Shown here: positions 27,311-40,056 of the stretch, piece after piece
Position numbering within the stretch: the first letter of the stretch is position 1
How the letters are laid out: each line of letters starts with the position of its first letter
Assembly: GCF_009914755.1 (NCBI RefSeq)
Contig: NC_060940.1
Reading direction: 5' to 3' (one strand)
From: the human T2T-CHM13v2.0 reference genome, Homo sapiens
DNA: 64,000 bases
Notes under the pieces: model-generated
What the model saw: the letters and a program-made list of their open reading frames with translations, nothing else
Databases searched by the model: none
What the model was told of the DNA's origin: nothing
Translations under genes and position numbers: made by a program

Positions 27311-27645
27311 CAGGGATCCCCAAACCCTGGGCCAAGGGCGGGTACAGGTCTGTGGCCTATTAGGAACTGGGCAGCACTACAGGAGGTGAGCGTCTGAGCT
27401 CTGCCTCCTGTCAAAATCAGCAGTGGTATTAGATTCTCACAGAAGTGCAAACCCTATCGTGAACTGTGCATACAAGGGATCCAGGTTGTGTGCTCCTTAT
27501 GGAAATCTATCAAATGCCTCATGATCTGAGGTGGAACAGTTTCATCCCGAAACCGTCTGCCGACCCCTCTCCCTTTGCCCCCATCCATGGAAAAATTGTC
27601 TTCCATAAAACCGGTCCCTGGTGCCAAAAAGGTTGGGGATCACTG
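27311..27645 (+). mobile_element. MER1B (hAT-Charlie) with 8-bp TSD ccctagag/ccctagtg
   Basis: Termini cagggatccccaa… and …ttggggatcactg; internal gatctgaggtggaacagtttcatcccgaaacc. Confidence 0.9.
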
Positions 27646-28179
27646 CCCTAGTGCAGATGTCCTCAGGGCAGGTGTGGCTGATTTGGGTGGACAGCAAATG
27701 AAACGGGAATGGCTGGTGGCCTGGTACTGATGGGATTCCTTAATGTCCAGGCCACATTCATACATGGAAAGGAAAACTTACACCCTTCAGTATTTTGTTT
27801 ATTGCTCAGTTCATTCAACTTACATATCTAATAGAGGAACCAGTATTTCTTAAAGATTTAAATGCTGATTTCAAGTTAACTTAAATAACTGGGACTGAGA
27901 CTGCAAGTTTAGAATGACAGGTCACATACCCTAACAGCAGGTAACGGTAGTTATCAGCTTGTCTGCCCTTGCAAATAAGCCCATGCCAAAGCTATGCTGT
28001 TGAGGCTATAGCTTTAATCCATTGTTTTGCCATTGTTTCTGCATCTGACCCCACTGGGCTGAGATCTGTTCTTGGCTGAAATGAAGCAGCAGCTCAGCAG
28101 GGTGGCTAGAGCTCAGCCTCATGCCCAGGTAGGCTGGGTTGAAATCCCAGTGCTGCCACTTGTTAGCTACTTGTTCAAG

Positions 28180-28519
<340 letters not shown>

Positions 28520-29288
28520 TAACTACTGTCTGCCTCAGTTTCCTTGTTTGTAGAATGGGGAAGTAGCAACGTCTGCCTCATGGTTGTTGTGACGATTAAA
28601 TGAGTTATAAACATGGGGCGCTTGGGAGGGCATCTGGCACATGGTCAGTGCGGCACACCATTTGGTCTTCCTATTTTGCTGTGACCTCACTGTGCCTAAA
28701 GGAAACCTAATGTCCTCTCCGACCCCAGCACTCAGATCTTCCTCGTTGCGCGGTGACTCTTGGTGAGCCTTGGGCCTGGCTGCTTCTCCCAAGATGGTTT
28801 AAACTCAAGCCCCTGTTCTTTAGACTAAGTTCCCCTTTTTAATACTATTTCTCATAGAACATTTCAGACAGACACGAAAGTAGAGAGAATACGGAAATGA
28901 GTTTCCTCGCGCCAGTCCCTCAGACGCAAGCACCAGTCGAGTTTCTTGACTTCCTTTTTAAGCATTAAACTTCACTGGTGGTGAAAAAGAGCTTTTTAAG
29001 CCCACGCCTTCCTCATGGGTTTTGTTTGGTTTTGCTTTTCTATAGCCCAGCATGCCCTGAGGTGCTGCACGGTGGAAGCTCTGGGCAGCTGGCACTTGCA
29101 GCCCACTCTAGTCAGCCTGGTCGGGGGCACCATTAAGACAGGGCTGTGCCTTGCTAGTTCCAACCTGTAATTAGTGGAGCCGCCCCGAGGGTTCATCCCT
29201 CCAGAGGTGGTGGCCCAAGTCTGGGTAGTTCACGCTCCCCTATAAAGGCAGCGGGCAAATGGATCATGTTGGAGGCCTTTGCTGAATG

Positions 29289-29426
29289 CTTTCTTTTCTT
29301 TTCTCTTCTCTTCTCTTCTCTTCTCTTCTCTTCTCTTCTCTTCTCTCCTCTCCTCTCCTCTCCTCTCCTCTCCTCTCCTCTCCTCTCCTCTCTTTTCTCT
29401 TCTCTTTTTTTTCCTTTTCTCTTTTT
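29289..29426. repeat. (TTCTC)n/(TCCTC)n polypyrimidine microsatellite derived from an Alu tail
   Basis: Read directly; ~138 nt of pyrimidines only on the + strand. Confidence 0.92.
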
Positions 29427-29705
29427 GAGACAGGGTCTTGCTCTGTTGTTCAGGCTGGAGTGCAATGGCACCATCCCAGCTGACGGCAGCCTCCCATTCC
29501 TGAGCTCAAGCAATCCTCCTGCCTCAGCCTCCTGAGTAGCTGGGACTACAGTTGCATGCCACCATGCCAGGCTAATTTTTAAATTTTTTGTAGACAGGTC
29601 TTGCTATGATTCCCAGGCTGGTCTTGAACCCCTGGGCTCAAGTGATCCTCCTGCCTTGGCCTCCCAAAGTGCTGGGATTACAGGAATGAGCCACTGTGCC
29701 TGGCC
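29420..29705 (-). mobile_element. AluJ
   Basis: gagacagggtcttgctctg…cctgggctcaagtgatcctcctgcc. Confidence 0.9.
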
Positions 29706-30059
29706 CTGAACACTCTTTTGACCTTGATACTATAGGTGTCCTCTCCTGCCAATCCAGCTTTCCCATTTTTGGAGGAGGCCCAACCTTTTCCAGAACTCTT
29801 GGGCTTAACCTCATCTCCCCATACTGATACTTTTGTGTTTGTTCAAATAATATTAGAACACATCAGATCCTCATGTAAGTCTGGCCTATGCCTGATGGAG
29901 GAAGAAAAAAATCCCCACATGTGTTCACACCCTCCTATATGTTAAAACCAACGAATGCTAAAGATGTTTAGAAACAGTCATCCTTCTTTTTCTTGAGATG
30001 GTCATCCTTCTTTTACATTACAAGTGTGTCTTTATGTACTTTATATTCACCTTCATTTT

Positions 30060-30300
30060 TATTTATTTAACAAGCATTTATATGGTGCTTCTAAGGAACT
30101 AGGTATTGTTTTCCAAGCGCTTTACAAATGTGAGCTAATTTAATGCTCCCAGCAACTCCACAAGGCAGATATTATTATTTGCCCATCATACAGAGGAGGA
30201 AACTAAGGTACAAAGAAGTTTATTAGTTTGCCCAGCATCACACAACCTGTAGGTGACAGAGCCAGGACCCAAGCCTCAGGCCATGTGGGGGCATGGTCTG
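30060..30300 (-). mobile_element. MIR (possibly with an L2 tail)
   Basis: gcccatcatacagaggaggaaactaaggt…tttgcccagcatcacac. Confidence 0.7.
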
Positions 30301-30370
30301 GGCCCCACACCACCTGGCAATGCCGTTTGCTCCTTTACTGCCATTATGAGTTTGTGGCCATTAGCATTAA

Positions 30371-30684
<314 letters not shown>

Positions 30685-32789
30685 GAATGAAGCCTCTTTT
30701 TAAATTAACCTGATAATTCTTTTTTGAGGTACTGACTGTTAGGCTGAGGCTGATGGGGTCCTTCCTGGTGTTCCATGCAGGTAGATATTTGCCGTTTGTT
30801 CCTCAGCCTGTGAGCTGCGCTTCTCTCTCCATCTGTAGCCACTGTGGCTCCCCTGTGGGCAGGGTGTCTGGCGCTGGGAGGGTTGGGTGCTGGGTTGATG
30901 CAGAGTTGAGGGAAGCATTCACATCCACACTTTTCTTTCCTTCTCCTCAAAATACTTTTGCCTCCTGAGACAGACGGTACTGAGGACGGATCATTGGCTT
31001 TGCAAGTGGGCAGTGGCCCTTCTGGGTGGCCTGAAGACAGCAGAGGAGGAACGGAGCCTGGGGCCTGGCTGAATTGGCCCTCTCCTGAGCCTGTGGAGTC
31101 ATGCTCTATTGTAGCAGTAAAGTCTTTGGAGATACCCTCTTGCCATGCTTCCTCTTTTTGTACAGATGAGGAAACTGAGGCAGACCACCCAGCTCCCAGG
31201 CTAGCATTTTTCCCTACCATAACCATTTGTTTCCCAGTGAGCTGGACTGAGAAGCTACAGCAAGACTTCAGAGGGTTTTGAGTTGATTGAAGCACGGAGC
31301 CAGTGAAGGCTGTGGAGCCAGGAAGGGGCCCTGTGAAAATAAAATGAGCGTGCGCCACCTGGGCTGGGGTGCGAGCCAGGGAGCTGGTGTGGCAATGCGT
31401 TCTCCAGGTAATTGACCTCAGGCTATATGCCTGGCTGAACCAAGAAATAGGTGGGGTGGCTGCCCGGGGATAGGCAGGAAAGCTGTGTGGGCGGGGGCCA
31501 AGCAACCCAAGGGGACCCTGTCTGCTTGTGTGTGGAACAACCTGGGCTGTGTGTGGGATGTGATGGCCTTGGTCTCAGATTGGAGAAGCCCATTGCACCT
31601 GCCCCATTTGCATTCTGGGCAGTGACTTGGCTGCCGCTGAGGACAGAGCTGGCTAAGGCCACAGGGAGACGCCAGGCCTGTGTTTTGAGCAGGGGCCAGG
31701 GCTGGATGCTGGAATAGGCAGCCGGCTCAGGTCCAGTCCACATTGGCCTTGGATCAATGAAAGCTGTCCCAAGGCCAGCGCGTTGCTGCTGCCGCCGCCT
31801 GGGGGCTGCTGGACTGGGCGGGGCCTTCTAAGGCCACTGTCCCCGAGTCACTGGCTCTGAGAACATTGCCAGCATGTCCTGGGCCCACTGGGGGTGGGTC
31901 CTAGCCCTGCCCCATGCCCTCCCCACTCCATGATTCATAGTTTCACTTGTCCCTGCCTGGCATCGCAGCCAGGATGGTTTTATCGATGCACAGAGAAAAT
32001 ACAGAGCCTGCAGAGAGGAGGAAGAGAGGGTTAGCGGTGTCCTTTTTTGTCTGCTATTTTATGTGTCGTTTTCCAGGCACCATGCCAGCTCTGTAAGGGC
32101 CTTCAGTAATGAGGGAGAAATGTACGGACCCTGTCCTCAACGAGTTTAGCCGGCTGGGGAGCCTGCAAGCCACAAGTAGTTGTCTCACAGAGCGCCAAAG
32201 GCTGCAAGGAGGATGCAGAGTGGGGCCCGCACAGAGCCCGGGGCTCCAGGGATGGCTTCTCTGAGACTGGAAGAATGAATTAGGAGGCAGCGAGAAGCAG
32301 CGAGTAGGGGAGCATCCTGCACAGAGGGTGGTGATGGGGAGGGGGAGGGGGCGGAATTGAAGGCATGGGCTGTGGGGGAGGGCTAGTGCAGAAGCGGGTG
32401 GAGACAGGCAGGGTCAGTTGTAGGGACGGCATCCCTGGTCCCTTTACCCAGGGCAGTTCCAGTCTCTCCCAACCTGGGTATGAACAGCACTCCCTTTGTC
32501 TCTCTAAAGTGTCCTGGTTAAGGCACTAGCATTATATGGGCAGTCCAGGTATAAGTACCTATGTTTATCTCACAAATAGGGAAACCAAGGCTCATGGAGA
32601 GTTTGTTGTGCAAGGACTTGGAACGAGGATGGAACCGAGTGGGGCCGGGAACTGTGCCTGCTTGACTGGAGAGCTCAGGCTCTCCCATCGCCCCACACCA
32701 TCCTCCTTAGTGAAATTAAACATGTTCTCTGAGCATAGACTCTGCCCAGCCTCATGCCCAGGTGGCAAGGGTGAGGAGGAGCGAGTGAG

Positions 32790-33250
32790 CAGGACTCACT
32801 CACTGGCTTATGAGGAGAATAAGCTCACCCTGGCTTAAGCCAAAAGGGGAGATTTTGTGGTCCACGTCATTGAAAAATGTAGGGGAGGTACTAGCTTCAG
32901 GCACCATTTGATCCAGGGGCTCAAATGATGTCAGGACCCCTTTTGCATCCCCTCGTGGCTCTGTTTTCCTGGGTATTAGCTTTTTTCATAGCTAGAATTT
33001 CTCTGTGAGGTGGTAAAGTGCTCTCAGCAGGGTCAGGCTCTCAGCTCACATCTCACCAAAGTCAACAGAGAGAAAGAAGATGTCCTGGGGTTGCCTCTCC
33101 TTGGCATAGCTTGGGTTGTGTGCCCGGCCCTGACCAGTCCCCATGGCTGGCGTGGTGCGAAGCTCTTACTGGGCAGGCCTGGGTCATGTGCCCTCCCTGG
33201 TGGTTACGGGGAGAAATCAGCCTGCCCACACCATGTGGGTGAGAGGAATG
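32790..33250 (-). mobile_element. MaLR LTR (MLT1J/K-like)
   Basis: ggcttaagccaaaagggg…gcttcaggcaccatttgatccaggggctcaaatgatgtca…cctgggtcatgtgcc. Confidence 0.65.
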
Positions 33251-33256
33251 GAGGGG

Positions 33257-33448
33257 CAGGGTTTCCAGATAAAATATAGGACACACAGTTAAATTTGAAT
33301 TTCAGATAAATAGCACTTCATTTTTTTGTGTTTTAAGTCTATCCCAAATACTACATGGGACATACTTATGCTACACAGTGATCTGTTATCTGATATTCAA
33401 ACTTAACTGAATGTCCTATGTTTTTATTTGTGAGGTCTAGAAAGCCGC
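33257..33448. mobile_element. MER53 palindromic hAT MITE
   Basis: cagggtttccagataaaatataggacacacagttaaatttgaatttcagataa … ttatctgatattcaaacttaactgaatgtcct. Confidence 0.85.
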
Positions 33449-36214
33449 CAGGGAAAATCAAAGTGTTCCCAGAAGAAGGAGGAAGGGGGCGCTGGAGACC
33501 AGGGGCTTCTGAATTTCAGATGCCCACTGCAGGAGCCAGATGAGGGACAAAGAGCTTCCTACAGCCTCGGCTTCCTCCCAAACTTACAGTCTGTGAAGCC
33601 AGCCTGAAACGCGCTGGCTGAATGAGAGAGGTTCCTGGGGCACAAGGTGCTTAGAACAAGCTTCTTGCACTTGAATTAGGCTCTGAAAGATGGGGAGGGG
33701 GTTTCCTGAAGTGGGGCTGGCATGGGGTGGGGTGGGGTGGGAAGAAAATGTCCATTTCCATTTTTCTGCCTCTCAGGCCTGAGCCCTGGCATCAGGGTCC
33801 CTGGCCTCTCACGTAGCTGGATTGGCCACAGTGTGACCATTGCCTTTCTGGGCTGGACTGATGTTCCACCTGCTTTGTCTGAGACCAACCAGCTTGCAAT
33901 TCATTGGCCTGCCTACTCCCTGTGAATTCACCAAGTGGGTCAGGATTCCTCCAACTACCCGCGTAGTTCAGGGGAGAGCCCTGTGAGGTCAGGGACTGCA
34001 GAAACAGAGCCTGAGGTGAGGGTCACGTGCTAGTGATTCACTCAGGACACTGTCCCAGGGCAGGGCAGGCCAGTGAGGCAGTGGAGGAAGCAGGACAGAC
34101 AAGAGGAAGAAGCCAAGCACAGGTGCCATTTCAGGCAAAGTCTTGGCTTCAGTCTGACCCTCTGGGGGAGCTCTGGGGTATAAATTATGCTTCTGAGTTT
34201 GTCGTGACAGGAGGTATGGGCTTTCATTCTCCTGCACCAGGCTCAGGGCCACCTGGGGTGGGGACACGGCAGTTCTCTGAGTCTGCAGACATAGCCCTAG
34301 GGCAGGCCTCTGAAGAGGGCCCCCAGGTGTGAGCTGCTGGTGGGGAGCACATAGGGAAGGGAGGGGGGCACACAGACCCGGGGGGATCTGCACGTGCACA
34401 CGGTGCCCTGGGGAGGTGGACTGCTATCAAAGGGTCTAAAGAAGTAAGGAGACCCCTGATCTGTGAGCACCTCGTGGGAGGCCTGCTACAGGTGGTCTGG
34501 AAAGGCTTGAGAAGTCCACGCAGCATTCCCCAAACGTCCTGGGCCCCCATGCCTGGACCCACTACGTTTTCCTTTGAAATGTTTGGTTGCCTGAGACAGT
34601 GCTTGTGGAGAAACCGTCCAAAGGTGGGCTTGTTGGTCTGGGTGCTCCAGCCCTTGGCAGTCAGGGTGTGTGGGGGCTCTTGTCCTGTGCCTCTGCTCCC
34701 CGAGGGAACTCATCGCTCGCTGGTTCTTTGCTACCAGCTGTGGGTCCTCTATATTCGGATCCTGGCTCTGCTCCTCTTTGGCTTTGTGACCCTGGGTAAG
34801 TCCTGTCCCTTTTTGAGCCCTTAGTTTCCCCATCTGGACTCTCAGAGGTTCCTAAACTAAAATTCACAAAAGGACTTGTAGTGGGGAGGTTCATGAACCC
34901 CCTGAAATTCAATGTGCAATTTTCTTTGCATGGCATTTTTCTAGGGGGACATTCTCAGAGGGGCTGGGTCCTTCTTGCAGGTCAGAACCTCTGAACAAAG
35001 GCTCTGGCCTGGCCTGATGCTGGTGGTCCTGGTGGAAATGTGGGGCTCAGACAGCAGAGGCCTCTCTTCCAGATCCAGGAACACCCAGGGGCATGTCCTG
35101 AGAGCCCTGGCCTTCCTCTCGGGAGTGCTCCGTTTCTCCCAGCCTTACCACTCTCTTGCCTCCCCTATGACTCTAAGTCTCCCCATCTGTAAAAACAGCA
35201 ATAGCTCACACGTGGACCTCCTGGGGTTGTTGGGTGAGGTACAAGTGTGATGGGTGAGGTACAGGTGTGATGGGTGGAGTCACTGCCATGAAGACCTTCT
35301 TATCCCCAGGCCCAAGAGTGGCCTCAAACCTTCCATGCTGACCATACGGACTCTCCCAGACCTCACTGGCTTCCCAGGTGACCACCCTGTGGTGACACGG
35401 GCCCCTGATGTGGGCTGTTGACTGGACCTGCAGGGGCAGGCAGTGGCCTTCTAGATCCCCATACTTTTTGCTTTGAGATCTTTGGTTGCCTGAGAATGGC
35501 AACAGCAAAATTTGGTGTGTGCTGGTTGGGATGGGCAGGAGAGAGTGCCACCCTGCTCCCCCTGAGCCCCCGATGACAGCCTGGCTTGCATGCTCAGCTG
35601 GTCTCATGCCATTTCTGGAATCAAAGCGCTGTCTGCATTACACAGCCCCTGGCTTCCTATGCATGTACAGTGAGAGCAGTGAGAAGCAGGCAGGGGTGTG
35701 GCTGTGGCCTCTTTGTGGCCTGGGTGCACTGTGTGGCTGTGGAAGGGAGCAATGGGGTCTGGGTGGACCAAAGTCTGGAGTCTCCACCTTCCCTCCCAGC
35801 TGGAATCAGGAGGCCACCCATTTCACCAGAATGCTGTAGGTCTTGCCACTGCTAGGGCCAAGACCCTTTTAGCAGACTTCTGAGTGTGAGTCTTTCTAGA
35901 ACCAACTTGGGTGCCCATTTTTGTATGTTTTAGCATTTTTTTTTCCTTCAAAACACTTTGCTGTAATTTCTGATTGTAGAAGTAATCATGTGTGTTCATG
36001 GAAGACCATTGGGTGACCTGGAATCCAGCACCGGGCACCATTTCTGGGAGCATTTTGGTGCCCGTCTCTGCAGACGTGTGCCTCCTACTACAGCGCGTGG
36101 AAACACGTGCAGATAATGTTAGGAAATGTAATCACATTTTCTCTGCTGTTTGGCAACTACTTTTTTCTTTCAAGAAAATGCAGGGCGTGTTTTTCTGAGT
36201 CAGTAAATACAGAG

Positions 36215-36945
36215 CTGCATTTGGTGGTTCAACACACGCTGGTCGAGTGCCTCCGCCGTCAGGCGTTGATACATAATGTGTCAGATGGTGGGAATGCCCC
36301 AGAGATAAATAAGGGATTGTGGGAGAGGGGGCTGCAGTTTTAAATAAAGAGATTTGGGAAGACCTCACCTAGGTGACAAGGTGATAATGAACCCAAACCT
36401 GAAGGAGGGGCAGGAGGGAGGGGTTATCCAGAGGAAGAGTCTTCCGGGTAGAGGGAACAGCGCGTGTGAAGACCCTGAATGGGGAATGAGCTGAACCTGT
36501 TGGAGAAACAGCAAGGACGCCTGTGTGGCTGTGGGCGAGCGGGTGAATGGGGAGGAACAGAAGGGGTGAGGGAGGTGATAGGGCAGACAAATTGGGTGGG
36601 GCTTTGATGGGCTTTGGTGGGACTTTGGGGAATTGGGTAGGGGTTGGGGTGGCGACGAGGGCAGAGAATAGAAAATGGTTGTCATTATTCAAGAGGACTG
36701 TGGCCTGGAATGCGTGGCAGAAGTGGAGGAGGTGGCAATGATTGGTTTCAGGGTGTGTTTTGAGGGAGAGCCAACAGGATGTGCGGAAGCCTCTGGGGTG
36801 TCTGGCCAGAGTGAAGGAAGCAGGGAGCTGCCCTGTGTACACAGGGAAGGCACTGGGGAGGACAGGTTTGGGGGCCGCCAGGCGTCCGGTTTGGACACAT
36901 GAAGTTTGAGGTGCCTGTTGAGCAACTTGGTGACATCAAACAGGA
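36215..36945 (-). mobile_element. L2 LINE
   Basis: agagggaacagcgcgtgtgaagaccctg…; tttggacacatgaagtttgaggtgcctg. Confidence 0.75.
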
Positions 36946-37785
36946 GGGAGAGCCACATCATTTGTTTTAATGGAAAAACCGCTTTGAAAAAAGTTATTAT
37001 TATTTTTTTCAGTATAAAAGGGTTGAATGTTCTTGGTTTAAAAAGAGAGAATATAAATATAAAATTCAAATCACCCAGAAAATCAGACAGCTGAAGGAGA
37101 CAGCGCCCCAGTTCCCATTTCTGAAGTGGAGCGTGGCCTTCCAGAAACATTCTGGAAAACGCACCTTTTTGTTTATCAACAGCACAGGAGTGGACTAGGC
37201 TGCTCCTCAGCAGCTTCCTATTTGACAGCACTGTGGACCCTGGGCCCTCATTCCCAAATGGCCCCTCTCACCTTCTCGGCTTTTCCACACCCACCTTTGG
37301 TGTGATCATCGTGCACTGCTGCGTGGCAGGCGGGTGGGATTGGTGCCCTCATTTTATAGATGTGGCCACTGAGGCTTTCGATCACAGCCCTGGCAGCATG
37401 CGAACTGCTGAGTTTCAGAATGAACCGAGTCCTCTGGAAGCCGCCAGTGTGACCCTCTTGATTATGTCCTCATCTGGTGGTTGGGGATGGTGGGAAGTCG
37501 AAATCCACAGTGGCTCCGGAGGAGGCAAAAGACTTCACTGGCAGTAGAGGGAGGAGGGCGCTCCGGGTGAAGGGGACAGGATGGTCCAGGGCTGGGAGGC
37601 TCCAAGTGGGCGGTCTGGCCTGTGAGAGGGATGGTGACAAGTTTCTTAGAGCTATTTTGGGGACAAGGGGACAGAAGGGGCCAGGAGATGAGAGTGGGAG
37701 GCCCAGGGCTGATGGGATCAGAGTGGGTAGGAGCATGGCTTCTGCAAGATGGTTTCTCCAGGGCACTGCAGGGCCGCATGGGTGG

Positions 37786-37789
<4 letters not shown>

Positions 37790-37833
<44 letters not shown>

Positions 37834-37842
37834 CGCGCACAC
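37790..37842. repeat. (GT)17(GC)7(AC)2 alternating purine-pyrimidine tract
   Basis: Direct count. Confidence 0.95.
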
Positions 37843-38279
37843 CTGTGCTCATGGACACTCTTGTCCTGTCCGTAAAATGAGGCCTCAGGGTATAGGAATC
37901 AAGAGGCTCTTACTTCATCTGTTTCGTTTAGGTTCAGAAAAGCAAGAAGCTCAAGCCCTTCATTCCTGAGGCTGAGCAAGAAATTCCAGGCTTCTTGGGT
38001 CCCCAAGCCCCTTCCCTGGGCAGGAGCACACATCCTTTCCCCACAGTGAGGTGGCCTATGGCTATGGGGCACCCTTCCTTGGGGCCAGATGACAGTGCTG
38101 CCTGTCATAAGCAGCCTGGCTCAGGGCCACCCTGTCGGCAGGTCACACGTGCTAGACCCTGGCAGCAGACCGGGGGCCTGTCCCAGGGCCAGGAACTGCT
38201 GGCAGATGCCGCCCCAGCTGCTTGGTGATCAGAGGCACGCCACAGGCCCTCGGGCCTCTCCTCTTATCAGCACTCGGCT

Positions 38280-38600
38280 GTGTGGCGTGGCGGGCCAGTG
38301 GCTGGGCTAGTCAGCAGTGTGGCAGGTGGTGGCATGGTGGGGCCAGTGGTGTGGTGGGCAGTGGTGTGGCAGGATCAGTGGTGCGATGTGCAGTGGCATG
38401 GTAGAGTCAGTGGTGCAATGTTCAGTGGTGTGGCGGGCAGTGGTGGGGCAGGATCAGTGGTGTGGTGGGGTCAGTGGTGTGGTGGGCAGTGGTGGGGCAG
38501 GATCAGTGGTGTGGTGGGGTCAGTGGTGTGGTGGGCAGTGGCTTAGAGAGGTCAGTGGTGGGTGGGAAGGCCGTGTGTGTGTGGTCAGCAGTGGGTGGGA
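38280..38600. repeat. G-rich degenerate tandem repeat (CAGTGGTGTGGTGGG-based; 49-bp duplicate at 38438-38535)
   Basis: Recurring CAGTGG motif read directly. Confidence 0.85.
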
Positions 38601-38824
38601 GGGCAGAGACTCCGACAAGCGCTGAGTGCACTCTCTCTGCTCTCTGCAGCCGGCCAGAAGTGGGGTCGCCTGAGGCCTTCTGGGGTGATGAGGCAGTGCT
38701 GGGCTGGGCTTTGATCCGCTGTGGCATCCCTGACAAAAACCAGGGCAGAAGAGAGCATGTGAGGGAAGAGAATGAAAGACCAGGGCCCGGAGGGAGAAGG
38801 AGGTGACAGCTGTGACTTGGGACA

Positions 38825-39190
38825 CGCTATTTGAGCCAGGCCACTCACCAAGCACTGTACACATACTCTCCATTCCTCTCACAACTGCCCTGCCAGGTGG
38901 GGGCTGTCATTTCCACTTTCAGCTGGGGAAACTGAGGCATAGTCAGGTAGACTCATTTGTACAAAGTCACACAGTATAAAAGCAGAAGAACCAAGGCTCA
39001 AACCCAGACCTGACTGACAACTCGAGTGAGTCACTTAACCTCTCTAAGCCTCAGTTTCCTCATGGCCAAAGTGGGGGTCATCGCAGAGCCCAGCTTCTAG
39101 GGCTGCTGGGAGCACTTGGTCGGTGATGCCCCTAACGTGCTTCATGGAACACTTGGCAGATGTCGCACACTGACTAAGACTGGTTATCAT
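38825..39190. mobile_element. Two adjacent MIRs in opposite orientation (- ~38825-39020; + ~39025-39190)
   Basis: ggggaaactgaggca versus cttaacctctctaagcctcagtttcctc. Confidence 0.7.
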
Positions 39191-39796
39191 CATCACTGAG
39201 TCCTTTATATTCATGACCTCAGTTACCCCCAGGCCCCAACATGCCCATCAGATCCCAGTTTCCACTGTAGAAATGCCTTTGAACACTGTCTAGTCGGAAA
39301 ATTGTGGTCAGACAAACAGCAAAGTCTCCCCACCCCGTGCCCTGCCTGGCTCTGGGCAATTGGCCCTACATTGGTTCATCTCTTAAGGGCTCTGAAATGC
39401 CAGCAGTTTGAGATCAGGGAGCATTCTGGGTGATGTCAAGATTTACTCTTTTCTGTTGTTGGTGTTGGTGTTTTGGGTTTTTTTTCCCCCATTAGTCATT
39501 TTTTCTCCATGCTCAGAAATCACACTGAAGCCATGAGTCTTCAAGGAGGGTGGCCAGGTGGGAAGGTTGGTGGCATCTCCTGGTGCCCACCTTGTCTGGT
39601 GTCTCTCCCCCACCCACCGTCTTCCTACTTATTGGAACCAGCCTGACCACTGTGGGGGCCAGGGGGTAGGTTCTTTAAATCCTGTCTTTCCGAAAGCATG
39701 GTTCAATGGTTGATGTCCTATTGAGGGGTTGGAGGGGCAAGTGGTGGGTGTCTTATATTTTAATGATTCTGAATTTGTTCAATATGAATTGTCCTT

Positions 39797-40056
39797 AAAA
39801 AAACAAAACAAAACAAACAAACAAACAAACAACAAAAAACACCTAACCTGGACAACATAGCGAGACTGTGTCTCTACAAAAAGTTTTAAAAAATTAGCTG
39901 GGCACGGTGGCCTGTGTCGGTGGGAGTCGCAGATACTCAGGAGAGTCACTTGAGCCCAGGAGTTGGAGGCTGCAGTGAGCTGTGATCATGCGACTGCACT
40001 CCATCCTGGGGGACAGAGTGAGACCCCCATCTAAGAACCAAACCAAACCAAACCAA
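39797..40056 (+). mobile_element. (AAAC)n followed by a 5'-truncated AluJ with an (AAACC)n tail
   Basis: cctggacaacatagcgagac…ttgagcccaggagttggaggctgcagtgagc. Confidence 0.85.

Noticed and set aside
29175-29275. GC box plus TATAAA as a core promoter
   Set aside because: Isolated motifs running straight into an Alu tail, with no CpG island or downstream exon.
30705-31505. 266-aa minus-strand ORF
   Set aside because: Non-ATG start, crosses a MIR fragment, no recognisable domain or exon structure.
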